DNA from: Lytechinus pictus
Taxonomy: Eukaryota
Length of the DNA: 64,000 nucleotides
Direction of reading: 5' to 3'
NCBI RefSeq assembly: GCF_037042905.1
Contig: NC_087251.1
Span: 16,618,001-16,682,000 of the forward strand
A program made the translations under genes and the position numbers. This document shows, piece after piece, positions 58,701 through 64,000 of the stretch (positions within the stretch are counted from its first letter, which is position 1; each line of letters starts with the position of its first letter). The notes below the pieces were generated by a model. It was not told where the DNA came from, searched no databases, and saw only the letters and a program-made list of their open reading frames with translations.

Positions 58701-61700
58701 TAGTCAAATTAATGTCTGTTGTTTCATGCATGTGGTAAATGAAACTGATCAATGGTGATTAGGAGTTACCTGTTGCCAAGCTATTTATTACAGGGATGAT
58801 AGACCTTCTGATATTGTACTCGTATTACATACAAACATACATGTTATCATTGTGTGGTTGTGTAATTTCAGTGGAGCCCTCACACTGACTATGATTATTG
58901 ATTTTAGTTCTCCGTGATCTAATTTATTGCAATTAGAATTCATCCTTGAACCTGCAAGGCTCGGCTTGAATTTTTATTTGTGTAGCAAATTTGTTATACT
59001 TTTATAGTCTGTTTAAAAATATTTATTGACAATAACAGAGTCATATCTATAAAGAAAAAAAATGAAAATAAAAATAAGTGCATTGCAGTTTGCACTGTCC
59101 TTTTAATAAGAAATTATAGTTTTTGAAGTTGATATATAAATCTTGATGTAAACATAACATATAAAAGTAAGATTTAATGGATAAAGAATGTGTTGTTTTT
59201 TGGTTTATGAAAATGGAGGTTGGTAAATTTAGGGTTTCTTTTATTATTGAAGAGTTTACATAGCATTGCAAACAAATTTGTGGTGATTCATGTTCACATA
59301 TGAATAATTATAGTCTTGATTTTTTTCAATTAATTATATTGTAATGTTCTTTCTTTTGTTCTCTTTCTCATGTTTTTATAGTGTGGTCACAATCCAGCAG
59401 TGCGGATATGGGATGTTCAAGACAAAACACAAGTTGCTGAATTCCATGGACATAAATATGGCATTTCATGTGTGGTATGTTTAAAGTTCACTTTTAATAT
59501 TCAACTACATGTAAAATGAATGTCGATCAAAAACAAATTAATATGGTATGAACCCCTCTATAAGCATCAACGTGTACAACAGAACATCATGCTATGACAG
59601 CCAAATTTAATGACAAATAATTACTAATTTCTGAATATGAAATTTCAATATCTGATATTTCCTGGTGTATAGATGTTGGTATTGAGTGATCTACAACTGA
59701 TCCTTTAAATACAAATAACTACAATAACTAGGTGGTTTCAGACCGCCTCGAAGTTCGCCAGTTTCAGGTATTCTCTGATCGGGAAATTTACCCCGATCAG
59801 AAAATACCAGGTATTTTGGCGGTGTGAAAGCAAACTACGCGTAATATCCCCGAAAGAAAATACCCGATAAATAGTAGGTACTTGGCGAAATTACGAGAAC
59901 TTTCGCGGGGATTTTTCCAAGGTCGTGGGTATTTTGGCGGTCTGAAAGCAAATTACGGGAACTTTTAGCCCAGCGTGTCGTTGGGTGCGGCGCCGTGCAT
60001 GGGTTGCTGCTGGGCTAGTGATTTTGAATTTCGCGCCTTGCTGCTTATCAGACCATACTGCGCATGCTCGTAACTTCAGGAACTTATCCCGAAGGGTATG
60101 TTTCAGGGCGGTGTGAATGCAGGAATAATTAATGAGTATTTTTCAGCCTAAAAAAGTTCTCGTAATTTAACGGGGATTCTTGTGATCGAGGCGGTTTGAA
60201 ACCACCTACTGATGCTCCAATTTTTGTTTACAGTATATTTTCAGTGTGCAGCAAGCTATTGTAACTTAAATTTTATGATGTATGATGTTTTATTGTATGA
60301 AACTTCAAGGAAAGTGCACAAAGAGCCTTTGGCAAAATGCTTGTGCATGCAAATAAGGTGGTTGCTCTCCAATTGAGGAAGCATTTGAAATACAATATGA
60401 GAAACTTGATTGGAAAGTTGAAGCTCTTAAGGCACTCGCACAGCCTGCAGAATTTGTTCTCACAAACTACACATTTATTTACATGTGTTTCAGCTTTTGA
60501 GTATCCATCTGACAGGGCAGTGGTGGCTCGGGGTGGGGGGGATCCCATTCATTCATAAGGGAAGGTATGGAGCACCTATCTTTGGAACAGAATCTGTGAT
60601 TACTAATTTTGGACCTTACATATTTTTGAAGGAAAATTTTGACCCTCCAGGGCCTCCACTCTACCTTGATGTTTTTTTTTCTTCTATCATTTAATTTCTA
60701 ATTTCTGGGCCCCTATCTGGAGCCCACAATCATGAAATCCTGGATCTACCACTGTATCAGACTATCTACAAACTGCTATACATGTACATTTATCAAGTTT
60801 ACCTGATCATGGCATTGACATTGAACTGATTCCCTTTTTTCTCAATTCATCAATTAAATTTTTATACCATCATGTGTGGTAGCCATGATAGATTGAATTA
60901 TCGATCTACGGGAATAACTGATTCATTCTGAAATTGGGTTTTGTGGTGGGTAAAATAAATAAGTCATGAAAAATACAGGTACAATTATTTATTCTTTCAC
61001 TGGATAAGGAAATGATATACAGGAAGTTATCTTATTATATTAGACAATTCAGAAAAGGATATTTTTTTATCAATTGAATTGTGGAATTCATGGGAAATTC
61101 GTCATGTTTGCATACGATAAAGCTGGTCAAAAAAGATCAGGATATTCATGTTCGATGCTCTGTTAGGTTGCATCCCTTCTGATCTTGTTACAGATTGCAT
61201 TTTATGATACAGTGTTTTGCCTTACAGTTTTCAACTCTGAAATTAATGCGTACTGGCAGTTGTTAATACTTCGGTGCAACTGTGACCATATGACAGCATG
61301 AAATCACTGGTCATGGTCAATGGTGTTTCCTAATACCGATTTATAAGCTCTGATGGTGTTCAGGATGGTCAGCTCCCCCACAGCTCTCAGACAATGTATT
61401 ATAATGGAGTCATTCACACATGAAGAAAAGACATCAAAATTTTAAATCTTGAAATGCCACAGATGAAAGAAAACTAGTACTGGGAAGGGCATTCACAGTT
61501 TTCACACTGGATACCATTTGCAGACATTATGGGGGGAGGGGTATTAAATCACAGAAATTGTTTTAGGGTATACATTTTTTTGTTTTCAATTACCAGTGCT
61601 CAGACTTGCCATGTTCACACATTTTTTTGTCGACACTGCACTTTTCATATAGTCTTTGATAAGTATCACAATTGAATATCATTGAAATATATACAGTATT

Positions 61701-63878
61701 TCAAGCCACCATTTATTATTTTTTTATTTTGTATGATTAGTGGTAACTAAAAAGAGATACATGTGAACTATGTGGAATATGATATTCTGAGCGTGAAAAG
61801 GAATACGTAAGCTTGACTGATCCTTTATTTGACTGACAGGTACAATGTATAGTTGGATCAGCCATGTTTAAACCCTCTAAACCACAAGGATTATCCTGTC
61901 TTAATCCATTCTATACCTCTTTCTAGCAATGATCCTCTTCCCATCTCAACATAAAGTGGGAAAGCTAGGCGGGGGTAATATCCAAATAGCATTTGATCCC
62001 TAATACACAGACAGAGTATTGAAACTGCACAGTATATGTCTACCAATTTGGAAACCATTCTGTTGGATGTAATTGTGTGTTGTGACTAAAAAATGGAATA
62101 CTCATAGACTTGGGATTTCCTTCTTTGTAGTAGTTGGGACTTGGGAGGGGCAATATTGCAGTTTTTATCTCATTAATGATAGATCTAGTGTACATCAGAA
62201 ATTACATTAAGGTTGCCTTTAATACTTTTCTTCCATCCTTAATTTAGGCAATATGCTATAACTCCACTCTTACCCTGTAGATTTCATTTTAGACAGGTCT
62301 TTAATACTACATTTATTTAATGTAACCTGGATAAAAGTAAAAACTTCAGCTATGATTTCAAGGTTGTTGTTTTTTTTACTGAAATAACACTGACTTTATT
62401 TTGAAGATATGTTAGTTTGTATAAATTTGTACTGCTTGCAGTTGAAATTAACACAAGAAATATAAGGAATATTAGTTAAAATGAAAAACTTACATGTACT
62501 TAGATGCTAATACTATTTAGAAAATAAAACAACTTAATAAATCCATATGCAGTAAGATACATATCAACACTGATGCAAGTCTGGCAACAATAATCAACCT
62601 TTTTACCAGAATACAGAAGCCATATGGTGTTCGTTTCCAGTAATCTGAACACATTTTCCGAAGTCAAATCATGTATCCTTGAAAACATCATTACATGCTT
62701 CAATTATCACCCTTGTATGAATGTGCAGAGTAAATTTGTATAGTGCTCATTACAGCTATCAATCATAATAGGTAAAGAATTATTACAATTCTTAATGAGT
62801 AGCCTATCCCTGATTTTATCGTTCAAGCTGAATTATTTGTGTGTACTTGTAAATGTAATTGCTGTTCTTCCTTTTGTCATTTGTCCCTTATTTTCACTGT
62901 TTGCTACATTGGAATCAAATCAAGATTCTCTTTCTCTTTGATGAAAACATAAACATTAAAAACATGAATATGAAGTAGATGTGTCTGTTTGTTCTCTATG
63001 TCCAAATAAATGTTATGTTTTTGCCTGGATGAATTAGCTCTCTTTATTGAAGTTCTAAGTGCTTGAAAGGGCATCTTAGAGCCTGTTCAGACCGGCAGAG
63101 ATAGCGCGATCTAGCGCGCGCTAGATCGCGCTATCTCTGCGGTGTGGAAGGTACAACGTCGTTTCGGTCCGCCCAACAGCGAGCCACGGCGAGCCAAAAA
63201 GGCGTGCCACTGGAGCACCTCTTGGGGGTGGTCCACGAGAGATAGCGCGGTCTAGCGCGCGCTAGATCGCGCTATCTCTGCCGGTGTGAACCCGAGCTAC
63301 GATAGCACGCCGGAAGTCTGCTGTGATCACGTCCACAAACACAGTTAAAATACAAGTCTAGAATCTAGATTAATCAAATTAGAAATACATGCACAATGTA
63401 TACAACGCCATGAAATAAACGTAGGCCGGCTAGCATAATAGGCACAGCGATATCGAGCTCTCAACTAACTAGTACGGGTTCGTAATAGCGCGCGAAATCT
63501 TTGACCGCTCTGACCTCATGACGTCACGCGTCATGGCAACAGGACCTCTCAAAAAAGGGGGTGCTACGATAGACCGCGCTATCTCACTGCGGTGTGAATC
63601 CGGCGAATGCCAATGGGCGGACCGTGGATCGCGCTACGATAGCGCGATCCACGGTCCGCCCACGGTCCCCCCCTTGCGGTGTGAACAGCCTCTAACATAT
63701 ATTACTCGAGTTTTACTAGATTTGTTGACATTCAAATGTATGCATCATTTTATAATTGCAGCGTTTTTCACCGGATATGCAGTATGTGGTATCGATTGGG
63801 GAGCAACATGACATGGTTGTCAATGTGTGGGACTGGAAGAAGAATATCAAGCACTCATCTGGAAAGATTGCAGCCCAG
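28690..63878 (+). CDS. MAPKBP1: MAPKBP1/WDR62-family WD40-repeat JNK scaffold, 3'-partial, first 6 coding exons (177 aa)
   Basis: Exons 28690-28797, 29339-29430, 48372-48434, 53976-54033, 59382-59474, 63762-63878 are phase-compatible. The spliced peptide [15 protein letters not shown]...[29 protein letters not shown]...[31 protein letters not shown]...[12 protein letters not shown]...[14 protein letters not shown] matches the MAPKBP1/WDR62 N-terminus as recalled. Confidence 0.93.
29114..29298. repeat. 185-bp foldback (52-bp arms)
   Basis: Arms 29114-29165 and 29247-29298 are reverse complements with 2 mismatches; the spacer is also partly self-complementary. Confidence 0.85.
29339..29430 (+). 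CDS. MAPKBP1: MAPKBP1/WDR62-like exon 2 ([11 protein letters not shown]...GHVAYVAG)
   Basis: cttag acceptor, gtgagt donor, 92 nt. Confidence 0.93.
29451..29623. mobile_element. Palindromic MITE (GGGCCC-type ends)
   Basis: TGGGGGCAGTTTCATACA ... TGTATGAAATGGGCCCCA; inner arms 29497-29520 / 29548-29577. Related ends occur near 38047 and 52420. Confidence 0.7.
34521..34994. repeat. 474-bp direct repeat, copy 1 (has its own imperfect TIRs)
   Basis: Near-identical to 35983-36456 (3 substitutions seen by eye); ends CAGGGCACACATGAGTA ... TACTCTCATGTGCCCTA. Confidence 0.92.
35983..36456. repeat. 474-bp direct repeat, copy 2
   Basis: Same length and orientation as 34521-34994, offset 1462 bp. Confidence 0.92.
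40118..40999. mobile_element. PIF/Harbinger-like non-autonomous element, 882 bp
   Basis: TIR core CTGCACCATCCCGAGTTT at both ends; AGG...CCT termini; TTA TSD (40115-40117, 41000-41002); subterminal GTCTGCACC and ATCTCGAGAT repeats. Confidence 0.8.
44105..47341. mobile_element. Academ-like non-autonomous DNA transposon with very long TIRs, 3.2 kb
   Basis: Termini TAGTCGATTTGACA / TGTCAAATCGACTA; TTA TSD (44102-44104, 47342-47344); inverted arms about 44105-45300 and 46420-47341 built from repeated modules containing AAGATGGC/GCCATCTT. Superfamily inferred from TAG..CTA ends and the 3-bp TSD. Confidence 0.8.
45345..46400 (+). mobile_element. Degenerate RTE-clade LINE 3' fragment nested in the Academ-like element
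   Basis: Broken reading frames give [21 protein letters not shown] (RT), LTYLGST, LLYGS...[31 protein letters not shown] and LGHVRRM...[16 protein letters not shown], typical of the RTE ORF C-terminus; frameshifts and deletions present. Confidence 0.85.
48372..48434 (+). CDS. MAPKBP1: MAPKBP1/WDR62-like exon 3 ([21 protein letters not shown])
   Basis: tgcag acceptor, gtaagt donor, 63 nt, after an 18.9-kb intron. Confidence 0.92.
51165..51870 (-). mobile_element. 5'-truncated L1/Tx1-like LINE fragment with poly(A) tail
   Basis: Minus-strand [11 protein letters not shown] and YIYICK..KPPTF...[19 protein letters not shown] resemble the ORF2 C-terminus; AATAAA (51187-51192, minus) and A tail; candidate TSD AATCATTTT at 51156-51164 and 51871-51879. 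Confidence 0.7.
52470..52692 (-). mobile_element. Degenerate tRNA-derived SINE
   Basis: Minus strand has A-box-like TGGACAAGTGG and B-box-like GGTTTGAATCCC, followed by a TTGTGTTGCACTC...GGTGAA...ATTCCTTGAAATGC...AAAGCCAGGGTAA body resembling echinoderm SINEs as recalled. Confidence 0.6.
53976..54033 (+). CDS. MAPKBP1: MAPKBP1/WDR62-like exon 4 ([19 protein letters not shown])
   Basis: tacag acceptor, gtgagt donor, 58 nt. Confidence 0.93.
55012..56884. mobile_element. P-element-like non-autonomous DNA transposon, 1.87 kb
   Basis: TIRs CAAGGCTCGACATTA / TAATGTGGAGCCTTG (CANRG terminus); 7-bp TSD GATAAGG (55005-55011, 56885-56891); subterminal GGTGGCCC/GGGCCACC repeats at both ends. Confidence 0.8.
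57173..57542. mobile_element. 370-bp MITE with poly-G/poly-C termini and 8-bp TSD
   Basis: CCGG-G(n)..GTCAAATGTATTGCTGTACACATGCGTGAC is inverted at the right end; GAAGCAGT duplicated at 57165-57172 and 57543-57550. It appears inserted into an older TTAA|AGGGGAAGTCCACCC element end at 57123. Confidence 0.8.
59382..59474 (+). CDS. MAPKBP1: MAPKBP1/WDR62-like exon 5 ([12 protein letters not shown]...HKYGISCV)
   Basis: tatag acceptor, gtatgt donor, 93 nt. Confidence 0.93.
59730..60207. mobile_element. Harbinger-like MITE, 478 bp
   Basis: 22-bp TIRs AGGTGGTTTCAGACCGCCTCGA / TCGAGGCGGTTTGAAACCACCT (1 mismatch); 3-bp TSD ACT (59727-59729, 60208-60210); internal GGCGGTGTGAA repeats. Confidence 0.85.
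63079..63692. mobile_element. GC-rich MITE with multiple internal palindromes, 614 bp
   Basis: TIRs GAGCCTGTTCAGACCG / CGGTGTGAACAGCCTC; flanked by TA on both sides (TTA left, TAA right); repeated CGGTGTGAA and GATAGCGCG motifs. Confidence 0.8.
63762..63878 (+). CDS. MAPKBP1: MAPKBP1/WDR62-like exon 6 ([13 protein letters not shown]...[17 protein letters not shown])
   Basis: tgcag acceptor, gtaaga donor, 117 nt. Confidence 0.92.
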
Positions 63879-64000
63879 GTAAGACACAACGTTAAGATTT
63901 TATTAGCCTTCGGAACTTGGTGATCTGTAAGGAATAAAGACCAAGGTTAAGATGATGAGTCATGTACAATGATTGCCTTCTTTGGAGCTGAAGCATGACT

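Noticed and set aside
60520..60753. CAGTGGTGG...CTACCACTG bounded segment as an intact hAT MITE
   Set aside because: Only short terminal similarity and no TSD found. Probably an old repeat but not supportable in detail.

Overview
AT-rich, intron-rich animal genomic DNA. The repeat content suggests an echinoderm such as a sea urchin, but that is inference. I reconstructed three spliced genes by reading GT-AG exons and checking phases; homologies are from recall, not a database search. (1) The 3' 12 exons of a TTC7A/B-type TPR protein on + (1010-15140). (2) A complete serine racemase/dehydratase-family PLP enzyme on - (ATG 27809, 319 aa), which carries two intact, diverged copies of its last coding exon (19855-19992 and 18721-18858). 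(3) The first 6 coding exons of a MAPKBP1/WDR62-type WD40 protein on + (from 28690), head-to-head with the racemase across a shared promoter. The introns hold many non-autonomous DNA transposons, most with readable TIRs and TSDs (Academ-, P-, Harbinger- and Tc1-like), plus RTE and L1/Tx1 LINE fragments and a tRNA-derived SINE. The best leads are the duplicated last exon and unusual active-site residues of the racemase, a candidate 24-nt microexon in TTC7, a nested twin-repeat composite element, and evidence that the abundant TACATGTA motif is a 6-bp insertion at TA sites (excision footprints). Almost all ORFs in the supplied track are spurious.
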